Shown here piece after piece: positions 23,459-32,255 of a stretch of DNA of 64,000 nucleotides. The first letter of the stretch is position 1, and every line of letters begins with the position of its first letter. The stretch covers positions 4,749 to 68,748 of the forward strand of contig DATBDM010000131.1 of NCBI GenBank assembly GCA_036269915.1, written 5' to 3'. The notes beneath the pieces were generated by a model that ran no database searches, was not told the origin of the DNA, and saw nothing but the letters and a program-made list of their open reading frames with translations. The translations under genes and the position numbers were made by a program. This stretch comes from Solirubrobacteraceae bacterium (GTDB taxonomy: Bacteria; Actinomycetota; Thermoleophilia; Solirubrobacterales; Solirubrobacteraceae).

Positions 23459-24486
23459 GCGGCGCGGGCGGGCCGGGATCCGTGATGGCGGCGGAGATGG
23501 CCGAGCAGCCCGAGCGTCTCGCCGGCCTGATCGCCCGTGCCGGCGACCTGCAGGAGCGGGTGCGGGCGGTCGCGCCCCAGGCGCTCGCCGCGGTCGCGGT
23601 GATCGCGCGCGGCTCCTCCGATCACGCGGCGTTCTACGGGCGCTACCTGATCGAGCCTGCCGCCGGGCGCCCGCTGAGCTTCGTCTCGCCCAGCCTGTTC
23701 ACGCTCTACGACGCCGACATCTCCTACCGCGACGTGCTCGCCGTCGCGGTCAGCCAGTCCGGCCAGACGCCCGAGATCACCGAGACGCTCGTGCGCGTGC
23801 AGGCGACGGGCGCCGCGGGCGTCGCCGTCACCAACGACCCCGAGTCCGACCTCGCGGCGATCGCCCACGCGGTGCTGCCGACGGAGGCGGGACCCGAGCT
23901 GGCCGTCCCGGCCACGAAGACGGTGACCACGCAGATGACGGCGCTCGCGATCCTCGCCGCCGCGCTCGGCCCCGTCCCGTTCGGCGCCGACGATCTCGAG
24001 CGCCTGCCCGAGGCCGTCGGCGCGGTGCTCGACGACCCGGGCCCGGCGGAGGCGGTCGCCGCCGAGCTGGCCGGAGCGTCGCGGGTCGTCGTCGTCGCGC
24101 GCGGCTTCCTCACCGGCGCGGCGCTCGAGAGCGCCCTGAAGATCAAGGAGACGTGCGGGATCCTCGCCGAGGGCTCCTCCGCCGCCGACCTGCGCCACGG
24201 CCCGATCGCCGCCGTGACGCCCGACGTGCCGGTGCTGGCGCTCGACGCGCCGGGCCCCGCGCACGCCGACATGGCCGACCTGATCCAGACGCTGCGCGGC
24301 CGCGGGATCCGCGTGTTCACCGGCGCTCCCGGCGACGCCGACCTGCCGCTCCCCTCCGCGCTGCCGGAGGCGCTGCAGCCGGTCGCGGCGGTGGTGCGCG
24401 CTCAGCAGCTGGCCCGCGCGCTCGCGCTGCGGCTGGGCTACGACCCCGATCGCCCCGCCCACCTCTCCAAGGTCACGCGGACCTAG
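23455..24486 (+). CDS. SIS-domain sugar-phosphate isomerase/deaminase (GlmS C-terminal / AgaS-NagB-II like)
   Basis: 343 aa from GTG 23455 (GTGA overlap with the transporter stop) inside ORF 21430..24486. 'VIARGSSDHAAFYGRYL', 'AVSQSGQTPEI', 'VAVTNDPESDLA', 'ELAVPATKTVTTQ', 'VVVARGFLTGAALESALKIKE'. Confidence 0.75.
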   Translation: MSGAGGPGSVMAAEMAEQPERLAGLIARAGDLQERVRAVAPQALAAVAVIARGSSDHAAFYGRYLIEPAAGRPLSFVSPSLFTLYDADISYRDVLAVAVSQSGQTPEITETLVRVQATGAAGVAVTNDPESDLAAIAHAVLPTEAGPELAVPATKTVTTQMTALAILAAALGPVPFGADDLERLPEAVGAVLDDPGPAEAVAAELAGASRVVVVARGFLTGAALESALKIKETCGILAEGSSAADLRHGPIAAVTPDVPVLALDAPGPAHADMADLIQTLRGRGIRVFTGAPGDADLPLPSALPEALQPVAAVVRAQQLARALALRLGYDPDRPAHLSKVTRT

Positions 24487-25475
24487 CGGCGCGTCACTCC
24501 GCTCGTCGCGCCCGGGGCGAGCACCGGCTCGCGCACCGGCACGTCGCCGAGAGCCTCGTCGATCGCCTCGAGCAGATCGGGTGTGAGCTCCACGCCCGCC
24601 GCCGCGGCGTTCTGGTGGACCTGCTCCGGCCGCGAGGCGCCGATGATCGCCGAGGCGACCTCCGGGCGGCGCAGCGCCCAGGCGAGCGCGAGCTGGGGCA
24701 TGGTCAGCCCCGCGCCCTCGGCGATCGGGACGAGCCGCTGCACGGCCTCGAGCGCGTGGTCGTCGAGCCGGCGGCCGATGAACGTGCCCATCTCGGCGCT
24801 GGCCGCGCGGGAGTCCGCCGGCGGCGCCTCGCCGGGCTTGTACTTGCCCGTCAGCACGCCCTCGGCCAGCGGAGACCAGACGATCTGCGAGATGCCGTGC
24901 TCCTCGCAGTACGGGAAGACCTCCGCCTCCGGAGCGCGCCAGAGCATCGAGTACTGCGGCTGGGAGGAGACGAACGCGACCGCGTCGGGCACGGTCAGCC
25001 CCGCCTCGATCTGCTCGGGCGTCCACTCGCTGAAGCCCAGGTAGCGCGCCTTGCCCGCGCGCACGACCTCACTCAGCGCCTCCATGGTCTCCTCGATCGG
25101 CGCCTCCGTGTCGAAGCGGTGGCACTGGTAGAGGTCGACGTGGTCGGTCTGCAGGCGCTCCAGCGACGCGTCGACCTGCTTGTGGATCTGCTCCGGCGAG
25201 AGCCCCTTGTCGGTGTCCGACATCGGGAAGTAGATCTTGGTCGCCAGCACGTAGGAGTCGCGCGGGTAGTCCTTGAGGATCTCGCCCCAGGCGGACTCGG
25301 CGGCGCCGCGCCCGTAGGCGTTCGCCGTGTCGAAGAAGTTGATGCCGGCGTCGAACGCGGCGCGCGTGCAGGCCTCGGTCTGGTCGCGCTCGACGCCGCC
25401 GGAGTAGGTCAGCCAGGAGCCGAGCGAGATCTCCGTGACCTCGAGGTCGGAGTTGCCGAGCTTGCGGGTCCGCAT
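24483..25475 (-). CDS. aldo/keto reductase
   Basis: 'MRTRKLGNSDLEVTEISLGSW', 'INFFDTANAYG.GAAE', 'TDHVDLYQCHRFD', 'GKARYLGFSEW', 'VSSQPQYSML', 'WSPLAEGVLTGKY'. Confidence 0.9.
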   Translation of the reverse strand: MRTRKLGNSDLEVTEISLGSWLTYSGGVERDQTEACTRAAFDAGINFFDTANAYGRGAAESAWGEILKDYPRDSYVLATKIYFPMSDTDKGLSPEQIHKQVDASLERLQTDHVDLYQCHRFDTEAPIEETMEALSEVVRAGKARYLGFSEWTPEQIEAGLTVPDAVAFVSSQPQYSMLWRAPEAEVFPYCEEHGISQIVWSPLAEGVLTGKYKPGEAPPADSRAASAEMGTFIGRRLDDHALEAVQRLVPIAEGAGLTMPQLALAWALRRPEVASAIIGASRPEQVHQNAAAAGVELTPDLLEAIDEALGDVPVREPVLAPGATSGVTRR

Positions 25476-25476
25476 T

Positions 25477-25968
25477 TCAGGCCTCCAGGGGGTCGTCGGC
25501 GCTCCAGGGGAACGTGATCCAGCGCTCGGTGCGCCGCCACACGTAGTCGCACTTCACCAGCGAGCGGGGCTTCTCGTAGAGCACGGCGGTGCGCACCTCG
25601 GCGACCTTGCCCTCGCAGAAGTCGTGCACCACCTGCAGCGTCCCGCCGGTGTCGGCGACGTCGTCGACGATCAGCAGCTGCTTGTCGGCGAGCGTCACGA
25701 GGTCGGGCACCGGCGGCAGCACCATCGGCACGTCGAGGCGCTCCTCGATGCCGGTGTAGAACTCGACGCTCATCGCGCAGGCGTTCTTGATGCCGAGCGC
25801 GTACGCGACCGCGCCGGCCGGGAGCAGGCCGCCGCGCGCGATCCCGAGGATCACCTCGGGGCGATAGCCGTCGGCGATGATCTGCGCGCCGAGGCTGCGG
25901 GCCGCCTCCCCGAGGTCGGCCCATTCCATGACCTCGCGGATCGCGACGTCCTCGCTGGATTCGTTCAC
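25477..25968 (-). CDS. phosphoribosyltransferase (Gpt-like purine PRTase fold)
   Basis: 'VILGIARGGLLPAGAVAYALG', PRPP loop 'LLIVDDVADTGGTL', 'WITFPW' C-terminal motif as in xanthine-guanine PRTases. Confidence 0.7.
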   Translation of the reverse strand: MNESSEDVAIREVMEWADLGEAARSLGAQIIADGYRPEVILGIARGGLLPAGAVAYALGIKNACAMSVEFYTGIEERLDVPMVLPPVPDLVTLADKQLLIVDDVADTGGTLQVVHDFCEGKVAEVRTAVLYEKPRSLVKCDYVWRRTERWITFPWSADDPLEA

Positions 25969-26010
25969 CAGCCTGAGGCTAGACGTTCATCCGTGGTAGG
26001 AAGGTGTCCA

Positions 26011-26820
26011 ATGAGCTCATACGACATGGACGGCCGCGTCGTGTTGATCACCGGCGCCACGGACGGCCTCGGGCGCGCCCTCGCGCGGGAGGCGGCCGAG
26101 GCGGGTGCGACCGTGCTCGTCCACGGGCGCAGCGAGGCGCGGATCGCCGAGACCCTGGCGGAGGTCCCGGGCGCTCGGGCCTACCAGGCCGATCTCGCCT
26201 CGCTGGAGCAGGTGCGCGCGCTGGCCGCCGCGGTCCGCGAGTCCGAGCCGCGCCTCGACGTGCTCGTCTCCAACGCCGGCATCGGCGCGACGGTGCCCGG
26301 GGGCGGGGAGCGCGAGGAGAGCGAGGACGGCTACGAGCTGCGCTTCGCGGTCAACTACCTGGCCGGCTATGTCCTGACCCAGGAGCTGCTCGACCTCCTG
26401 CGCGCCTCGGCGCCGGCGCGGATCGTCAACGTCGCCTCGGCGGGCCAGACGCCGATCGACTTCGACGACGTCATGCTCCGGCGCGGCTACCGCGGCGTCC
26501 GCGCCTACTGCCAGAGCAAGCTCGCGCAGATCATCTCGACCTTCGACCTCGCCGAGCAGCTCGACGGCTCGGGCGTGACCGTCAACGCGCTGCATCCGGC
26601 GACCTACATGCCGACGAAGATCGTCTCCTCCCCCACCTCCTCGCTCGAGGAGGGCGTGCACGCGACGCTGCGGCTCATCGCCGACCCGGCGCTCGAGGGC
26701 GTGACCGGCCGCTACTACGACCGCGAGCGCGAGGGCACGCCGGATGCGCAGGCGTTCGACCCGACCGCCCGCCGCTGGCTGCGCGAGCTGTCCGAGCGGC
26801 TCAGCGAGCCGGGTCGCTGA
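26011..26820 (+). CDS. short-chain dehydrogenase/reductase (SDR)
   Basis: 269 aa from ATG 26011 inside ORF 25435..26820. 'VLITGATDGLGRAL' (TGxxxGxG), 'VLVSNAGI', 'YCQSK' (YxxxK). Confidence 0.85.
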   Translation: MSSYDMDGRVVLITGATDGLGRALAREAAEAGATVLVHGRSEARIAETLAEVPGARAYQADLASLEQVRALAAAVRESEPRLDVLVSNAGIGATVPGGGEREESEDGYELRFAVNYLAGYVLTQELLDLLRASAPARIVNVASAGQTPIDFDDVMLRRGYRGVRAYCQSKLAQIISTFDLAEQLDGSGVTVNALHPATYMPTKIVSSPTSSLEEGVHATLRLIADPALEGVTGRYYDREREGTPDAQAFDPTARRWLRELSERLSEPGR

Positions 26821-27688
26821 GCGCCGGGCGCGCCGACTGCAGGCGCGCTTCCATGCGCTCCAGCTTGGCGATCCGCGCCTTCAGCGACGGGTGCGTCGCG
26901 GTCAGGCGGCGCTCGCGGGCGACCGGCAGCAGGTGGAAGGCGTCGCGCGCGGCGGCGACGCGCAGGTCGCGCGTCGGCAGCGCGTGGACGCCGTCCGAGA
27001 CCTTCATCAGCGCTGACGCGAGCACGGCGGGATGGCCGGTCAGCGCGACCGCGCCCGCGTCGGCGGCGAACTCGCGATAGCGCGACAGCGCGCGGGTCCC
27101 AAGACTGGCGACCCAGCCGATCGCCGCCGCGATCAGGCCGCCGAGCTGCAGCGGCCAGATCCACCGCCCGGCGAGCATCGAGCCGCCGCCCAGCAGCACG
27201 GCGCCCGGTCCGCCGACGAGGGTCATGACGATCGCGTCGCGATGGGCGAGATGCGCCAGCTCGTGCGCGATCACGGCCTCGAGCTCGCGCGGCTCGAGCC
27301 GGTCGACGAGACCCTGCGTGAGGTGCAGCCGGGCCCGGTCGCGGCCCGTGGCGACGATCCACGAGTTCGGCTGGCGCTCCTGCTCGAGCACGATCCTCGG
27401 CTTGGGCAGGTCGGCAAGCACGCACAACCGCTCGACCGCGGCGTGCAGCTCGGGCGCGGAGCCGGGCGAGAGCTCGTGCGCCCGTACGGTCGCGACGCGC
27501 TCCTGGATGACCAGGTAGAGCCCGATCGCGATCGCGATCCCCACGCCGATCACGAGCCGGCCGGGCGCGACGGCGACCACGGCGACGAGCGCGGCGAGCA
27601 CCACGAGCGGCGTCGCCACCGCCGCCAACACCATCCGCGCGACGAGGCCGCGGTCGGTGGGGAACAGCTCGCGGGAGGCGCCCGCCAT
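26801..27688 (-). CDS. htpX: M48-family zinc metalloprotease (HtpX-like)
   Basis: 295 aa from ATG 27688 inside ORF 26801..28534. Two N-terminal TM helices, 'NSWIVATG', HEXXH 'VIAHELAHLAHRD', more TM helices, 'SRYREFAADAGAV', 'THPSLKARI'. Confidence 0.75.
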   Translation of the reverse strand: MAGASRELFPTDRGLVARMVLAAVATPLVVLAALVAVVAVAPGRLVIGVGIAIAIGLYLVIQERVATVRAHELSPGSAPELHAAVERLCVLADLPKPRIVLEQERQPNSWIVATGRDRARLHLTQGLVDRLEPRELEAVIAHELAHLAHRDAIVMTLVGGPGAVLLGGGSMLAGRWIWPLQLGGLIAAAIGWVASLGTRALSRYREFAADAGAVALTGHPAVLASALMKVSDGVHALPTRDLRVAAARDAFHLLPVARERRLTATHPSLKARIAKLERMEARLQSARPALSDPAR

Positions 27689-27733
27689 GGCTCGATGGTA
27701 CTCCTCTGGAGAGGCGGGGTAGCCTCGGCGCCG

Positions 27734-28591
27734 ATGAGCGCCGACGTCGACGGCTTCCGGCTCGCGTACGACCGGCACGGAGAGGCCGGCGCGCCGGCGA
27801 TCGTGCTGCTGCACGGGTGGCCCGGCGGCCGCCACGACCACGATGCGGTCGCTGCGGCGCTCGCCGGGAGCGCCGACGTGCTCGTCCCCGACCTGCGCGG
27901 CTTCGGCGACGGCGAGGGACCGGCGGACGCGCCCGACGCCGCCTACGCGGCGCCGGCCCAGGCCGCGAGCGTCGTCGCGCTGCTCGACGAGCTCGGGCTC
28001 GAGCGCGTGCTGATCGGCGGCTACGACGTCGGCAGCCGCGTCGCGCAGCGGATGGCCGCCGACCATCCGGAGCGCGTCGCGGGACTGGTGATCACGCCGC
28101 CCCTCCCGGGCGCCGGCGAGCGGATCCTCGGGGCGCAGGCGATGGACGAGTTCTGGTACCAGCCGCTCCATCGCCTGCCGCTCGCGCGCGAGCTGATCGA
28201 CGGCCGGCCGGATGCCGTGCGCGCCTATCTCCGGCACTTCTGGGAGCACTGGAGCGCGCCGGGCTTCACGCCGCCCGCCGCCCATCTCGACGCGCTCGTC
28301 GAGTCCTACGCGCGGCCCGGCGCCTTCACCCGCAGCACCGCGTGGTACCGGGCCGGCTCGGGCGCCGTCGCCAGCGCGCTGGCCGAGACGGTTCCCGACC
28401 CGGTGGATCGCATCGCCGCGCCGACCACGATCCTGTGGCCGGAGCACGATCCGCTGTTCCCGCCGGCGTGGTCGGATCGCGTCGATCTCTTCTTCGCCGC
28501 CGCGGAGGTGCGCGAGCTCCCCGGCTCCGGGCACTTCGTGCCGCTCGAGGCGCCCGGCGCCTTCGCCGGCGCGCTGCTCGAGCGCGTATGA
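27734..28591 (+). CDS. alpha/beta hydrolase (epoxide-hydrolase/haloalkane-dehalogenase-like)
   Basis: 285 aa from ATG 27734 inside ORF 27032..28591. 'VLLHGWPGG', 'VLVPDLRGFGDG', nucleophile elbow 'IGGYDVGSRVA', 'GHFVPLEAP'. Confidence 0.8.
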   Translation: MSADVDGFRLAYDRHGEAGAPAIVLLHGWPGGRHDHDAVAAALAGSADVLVPDLRGFGDGEGPADAPDAAYAAPAQAASVVALLDELGLERVLIGGYDVGSRVAQRMAADHPERVAGLVITPPLPGAGERILGAQAMDEFWYQPLHRLPLARELIDGRPDAVRAYLRHFWEHWSAPGFTPPAAHLDALVESYARPGAFTRSTAWYRAGSGAVASALAETVPDPVDRIAAPTTILWPEHDPLFPPAWSDRVDLFFAAAEVRELPGSGHFVPLEAPGAFAGALLERV

Positions 28592-28595
28592 GGGG

Positions 28596-29033
28596 CTAGC
28601 CGGGCTCCGTCGCGCGGAAGAGCTCGCTCAGCGGCGAGTCGCGCAGCGTCGCGCGGCCCTTGCGGACGCTGATCGGGCCGCTGGGCTCCTCGGGGACGAC
28701 GGCGGGGCGCTCGGGCTGCGTGGCGCGCAGGCCGCGGCGATGCGCGGCGACCTGCTCGCGGGTGTCGCGGCCGAAGCGCTCGAGCTCGGCCATGTAGGCG
28801 TCGACGTCGGCTGCCTCGCGGCGCGCACCGCGCTCGATCCGGCGGGCCTCGCGCTCGGCCCCGAGCACGATCTCCCGCGCGGCGTCGAGGGCCTCGGCGT
28901 CGGCCAGCGCGGCCAGCGCGTCCCTACGCCAGGACTTCACGATCCATGCCATGTCCTCCGGTCCTTCGACGGCGGGATGGGTCGTCCTGCGCGGCGATGG
29001 CTCGGCGCTCATCTGGGTGGCGGCGCGCGTCAA
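28596..29033 (-). CDS. hypothetical protein (charged, probably coiled-coil)
   Basis: ORF only, with no recognisable motif. An alternative start is ATG 28952, preceded by GGAGGA. 'EIVLGAEREARRIERGARREAADVDAYMAELERFGRDTREQV'. Confidence 0.35.
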   Translation of the reverse strand: MTRAATQMSAEPSPRRTTHPAVEGPEDMAWIVKSWRRDALAALADAEALDAAREIVLGAEREARRIERGARREAADVDAYMAELERFGRDTREQVAAHRRGLRATQPERPAVVPEEPSGPISVRKGRATLRDSPLSELFRATEPG

Positions 29034-29101
29034 ACCTCGGCCAGGTAGGGATAACGCCAGCCCGAACGCGCGCGACGGGACATCCCGTCATCCTCCCGGC
29101 C

Positions 29102-29659
29102 GTGCATCTCCCCTTCCCCGTGCTCGTCCACGGCGACGGCGTCGTGCTGCGCGAGTGGACCGATGACGACGTGCCGGCGATGGTCGCGCTGCTCGACGAT
29201 CCCGAGATCGATCAGTGGACGCCGATCGAGTCGCCGTTCGACGCCGGGGCCGCCGCCCGCTACCTGGCGCGGGCGCGTGCCCGGCGCAGCGAGGGCCGGG
29301 CGCTGCAGCTGGCCGTCACGACCGACGGCGAGGCGCCGCTCGGAGAGGTGCTCCTGTTCGATCCGTCCGGCGACTCCGCCGAGCTGGGCTACGCGATCGG
29401 CCCCGCGCATCGCGGCCGCGGGCTCGCGCGCGCGTCCGTGCTCGCGCTCGTCGACCACGCGGCGGCCGGCTACGGCCTGCAGCGCTTCCTGCTGCGGATC
29501 CCGCCCGGCAACGCCGCCAGCCGAGCGGTCGCCCGCTCGGCCGGCTTCGAGTTGACGCGGGACCCGCTCGTCGCGCGCGCCGCGAAGGGCCGTCGCGTCG
29601 AGCTCGAGACCTGGAGCCTCAGGCCTCCTGCTCGGTCGGCCGGATCAGCACCTCGCTGA
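29102..29659 (+). CDS. GNAT family N-acetyltransferase (RimJ/RimL-like)
   Basis: 185 aa from GTG 29102 inside ORF 28946..29659. 'VVLREWTDDDVPAMVALLDDPEI', 'AELGYAIGPAHRGRGLARASV', 'LLRIPPGNAASRAVARSAGFE'. Confidence 0.75.
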   Translation: MHLPFPVLVHGDGVVLREWTDDDVPAMVALLDDPEIDQWTPIESPFDAGAAARYLARARARRSEGRALQLAVTTDGEAPLGEVLLFDPSGDSAELGYAIGPAHRGRGLARASVLALVDHAAAGYGLQRFLLRIPPGNAASRAVARSAGFELTRDPLVARAAKGRRVELETWSLRPPARSAGSAPR

Positions 29660-29681
29660 TCCGGCCGGCCGCCGATCGTCT

Positions 29682-31295
29682 TCAGGGCGCCACCGTGAAC
29701 GCGGTCGACAGGTCCTGGACCTTGCGATCGCGCGAGTTGACGCCGCGCACCTTGAAGCGGTGCTCGATCGTCGCCAGCACCGACGTCGTGTCGTGCGACG
29801 TGCTGTCGACCGCGAACCGCTTGGGCAGCAGCGGCGAGAGCACGAGCGCGGGGATCCGCGTCCCCGGGCCCATCTCGTCGCTCGGGCCGCCCGGCCCGCC
29901 GACCTGGCCGGGCGAGGGCACGTGGTCCCACTGGCCGCCGAACTCGTCGTAGGTGACGATCACCATCGTGCCCTTGCGGCACGACGAGCGGTGGATCGTC
30001 CGCAGCAGCGAGACGAGGTGGTCGGAGCCGCCGTGCTCGCTCGCGTAGCCCGGGTGCTCGTTCTCGGCGCCGACCGGCTTGATGAACGAGACCGAGCGCA
30101 GCTTGCAGGACGAACCGCTCGCCTTGGCCTTGTCGATGAACTCCTGCTCGTCGCGCAGGTCCTGGCTGCGCTGTGCCGTGCCGGGGGCGAACGACGCGTA
30201 GTAGTTCAGCGGCTGGTGGTGGTACTGGAACAGCTTGTCGGGACAGTTCGGGTACACCGCGCCGGTCGTCGTGTTCGGGTCGCTGCAGGTGCCCGGTGTG
30301 GTCCCGTTCGTCCAGCCTGGCGCGCCGACGTCGCCGTTGGCGTTCGACCAGCCGCCCGAGTACCAGGCCCACGAGACGCCCTTGGCCGTCAGCCGGTCGC
30401 CGATCGTCGGCGACGTCTGCGGCGGCAGCTGGGCGCCGCTGGCGTGCGGCTGGTAGGGCGGCTGGACCGTGTTCACGGCCCAGTCGCCGCACGCGACGCC
30501 CGCGACGGTCGTCGGGAGGTCGCATGCCTGCGTCAGCGCGCTGTCCTTGACCGGGCGGTCGGGGGTGTAGAGCGGGTACGTCGTCGGCATCGCGGCCGAG
30601 TCGAGGATCGAGTGCTGGGCGTCGGGCGCGTTGTGCCAGACCGGCGTGCGCGCGGCGACGAGCCACTGGTGGTTGAGGAACGAGCCGCCGAACGCCGCCT
30701 GGTAGAAGCGGTCGGCGATCGCGTAGCGCTGGTGCGCGGAGCGATGCAGGTAGCGGTAGATCGGCAGCATGCGCGTCTTGTAGGCGCCGACCGACAGGCC
30801 GACCGCATCGCTGCCGGTGACGTAGCGGTCATGCTTGCCGCCGTCCATCTGGTACTGCTCCTGGTAGAAGCGATGCACCAGGTCGCGCGTGCATCCGCCG
30901 GGATCGCCGGTCCCCTTGGGCACGCCGTTGGCGGCGAAGACGCCGGGCTTCGGGCAGGTGGTGTCCGACGGCTGGATGTAGTCGTCGATGTGGAACGGCT
31001 GGTTCGCGAAGCAGCCGGTGCCGACCGCGGCGAGGTTGACGTCGTTCTGCGGCAGGCACGCGAGCGCCGCGCCGTGCTGGTCGACCTGCGTCGTGTGCGC
31101 CGCGTCGGCCTGCTTGAGGCCCGTGACCTTCTCCCAGCCGCCGTACAGGTTGTCGAAGGAGTGGTTCTCCTCGTAGATCACCACGATGTGCTTGACCTTC
31201 TGCAGCGGCTTAACCGGTTTCGCGGCCTGCGCGGGCACCGCCGCGAGCCCCAGCGCGACCAGCGCAAGCCCAACCCCATGGACCATGCGTCGCAT
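29682..31295 (-). CDS. secreted phosphoesterase-family protein (AcpA acid phosphatase / phospholipase C family)
   Basis: Signal peptide 'GLALVALGLAAVPAQAA'. 'KHIVVIYEENHSFDNLYG', 'FLNHQWL', 'ENEHPGYAS', 'MVIVTYDEFGGQWDHV', 'GPGTRIPALVLSP'. SD GGGAGGGAGAGG before ATG 31295. Confidence 0.85.
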   Translation of the reverse strand: MRRMVHGVGLALVALGLAAVPAQAAKPVKPLQKVKHIVVIYEENHSFDNLYGGWEKVTGLKQADAAHTTQVDQHGAALACLPQNDVNLAAVGTGCFANQPFHIDDYIQPSDTTCPKPGVFAANGVPKGTGDPGGCTRDLVHRFYQEQYQMDGGKHDRYVTGSDAVGLSVGAYKTRMLPIYRYLHRSAHQRYAIADRFYQAAFGGSFLNHQWLVAARTPVWHNAPDAQHSILDSAAMPTTYPLYTPDRPVKDSALTQACDLPTTVAGVACGDWAVNTVQPPYQPHASGAQLPPQTSPTIGDRLTAKGVSWAWYSGGWSNANGDVGAPGWTNGTTPGTCSDPNTTTGAVYPNCPDKLFQYHHQPLNYYASFAPGTAQRSQDLRDEQEFIDKAKASGSSCKLRSVSFIKPVGAENEHPGYASEHGGSDHLVSLLRTIHRSSCRKGTMVIVTYDEFGGQWDHVPSPGQVGGPGGPSDEMGPGTRIPALVLSPLLPKRFAVDSTSHDTTSVLATIEHRFKVRGVNSRDRKVQDLSTAFTVAP

Positions 31296-31343
31296 CGACC
31301 TCTCCCTCCCGTTTGGTGGTCGGGCGGGAGGCTACTGCGTGGA

Positions 31344-31613
31344 TCAGCGTCGCCGCAGCAGCCGGCCGATTAGGCCGGGCTCCCGTGGCTGGGTCCTGCG
31401 CCACTCGTCGCGGTCGGGCAGCCGGCCGGCCCTGCGCTCGGCGAGGGCGCACGCGGTGTGGGCGTGGCGGCGCCGCGACGCGTCGCCCTCGGGTATCACG
31501 AGCACGTGCTCTGAGAGCGCGGGCAGGTGCCCGCCGCAGAACGGGCAGCGGTACGTCGCGGGCTTGAGGTTCTGCGCGCGGCGGACGGTCCACCAGCGCG
31601 CCTCGGCGGCCAT
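31344..31613 (-). CDS. small zinc-ribbon protein (conserved actinobacterial hypothetical)
   Basis: 'ATYRCPFCGGHLPALSEHVLVIPEGDASRRRHAHTAC', a CxxC...HxxC pattern seen in small actinobacterial proteins. Start ATG 31613 or GTG 31634. Confidence 0.55.
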   Translation of the reverse strand: MAAEARWWTVRRAQNLKPATYRCPFCGGHLPALSEHVLVIPEGDASRRRHAHTACALAERRAGRLPDRDEWRRTQPREPGLIGRLLRRR

Positions 31614-31642
31614 GCCGGCCACGGTACGCCACACTCGACGCC

Positions 31643-31930
31643 ATGGCGGTCTACGTCGACGACGCGTTCATGGCCGGTGAATGGGGACGGTGGACGGGGG
31701 GCGGTCACCTGCAGGCCGACTCGGTCGAGGAGCTCGAGGCGTTCGCGCGCCGGCTCGGGTTGAGCCGGGCCTGGCTGCAGACCCGCGCGGGCCGCCCCGA
31801 GCGCGCGCACTACGACCTGCACGGCCCCGGCCGCGGCCGCGCGCTCGAGCTCGGCGCGGTCCCGGAGACCTGGCGCGACGGCGTTCGCCGCCGCCGCGCC
31901 GCGCGTCTCAGTGGTTCCGCAGCGCCTTGA
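31643..31930 (+). CDS. DUF4031 domain protein
   Basis: 'MAVYVDDAFMAGEWGRWTGGGHLQADSVEELEAFARRLGLSRAWLQ......HYDL' matches the DUF4031 pattern as I recall it. Confidence 0.6.
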   Translation: MAVYVDDAFMAGEWGRWTGGGHLQADSVEELEAFARRLGLSRAWLQTRAGRPERAHYDLHGPGRGRALELGAVPETWRDGVRRRRAARLSGSAAP

Positions 31931-32162
31931 TCAGCTCGTCCTTGCTCATGCTGGAACGGCCCTCGATGCCGATCTCGCCGGCGCGCTGCTCGAGGTCGTC
32001 CTTGGTCCAGTCCTCGTAGGACGGCGCCCGGCCGCCCTTCTGGGAGGACGAGCGGCCGCTGTTGGCGATCCGCGCCGCCTTCTCCTTGGACTCGCCCTTG
32101 TCGCGCAGGGCCTCGTACTGCTCGGGATCCTTGACGCTCGGGCCGGGACTGCGCTCAGGCAT
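31908..32162 (-). CDS. small protein with C-terminal Rho-N/SAP-like helix-extended-helix domain
   Basis: 84 aa from ATG 32162, preceded by the SD GGAAGGAG. 'YEDWTKDDLEQRAGEIGIEGRSSMSKDELIKALRNH' is the Rho termination factor N-terminal-like motif. Confidence 0.6.
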   Translation of the reverse strand: MPERSPGPSVKDPEQYEALRDKGESKEKAARIANSGRSSSQKGGRAPSYEDWTKDDLEQRAGEIGIEGRSSMSKDELIKALRNH

Positions 32163-32255
32163 CGTGCGCTCCTTCCGTCGGACTTCGATGCTGCCCATCG
32201 GCTACCCGGAACCGGCGACCGGAGATCAAGCCTGGCGGACGCCGACCGATGAGGG

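Noticed and set aside
24483-24486. The palindromic CTAG serves as the stop codon for both convergent genes (SIS gene TAG and aldo/keto reductase TAG). A similar head-on case, TAG/CTA, occurs at 7622-7627.
   Set aside because: The observation is real, but it is a trivial consequence of compact convergent genes. I see no reason to assign it a function.
28596-29659. A small charged protein divergent from a GNAT acetyltransferase, considered as a possible GNAT-toxin/antitoxin pair.
   Set aside because: The genes are divergent rather than co-transcribed. The GNAT reads like a RimJ/RimL-type enzyme with the usual N-terminal extension. The small protein has no RHH/HTH antitoxin motif, and its reality as a gene is uncertain.
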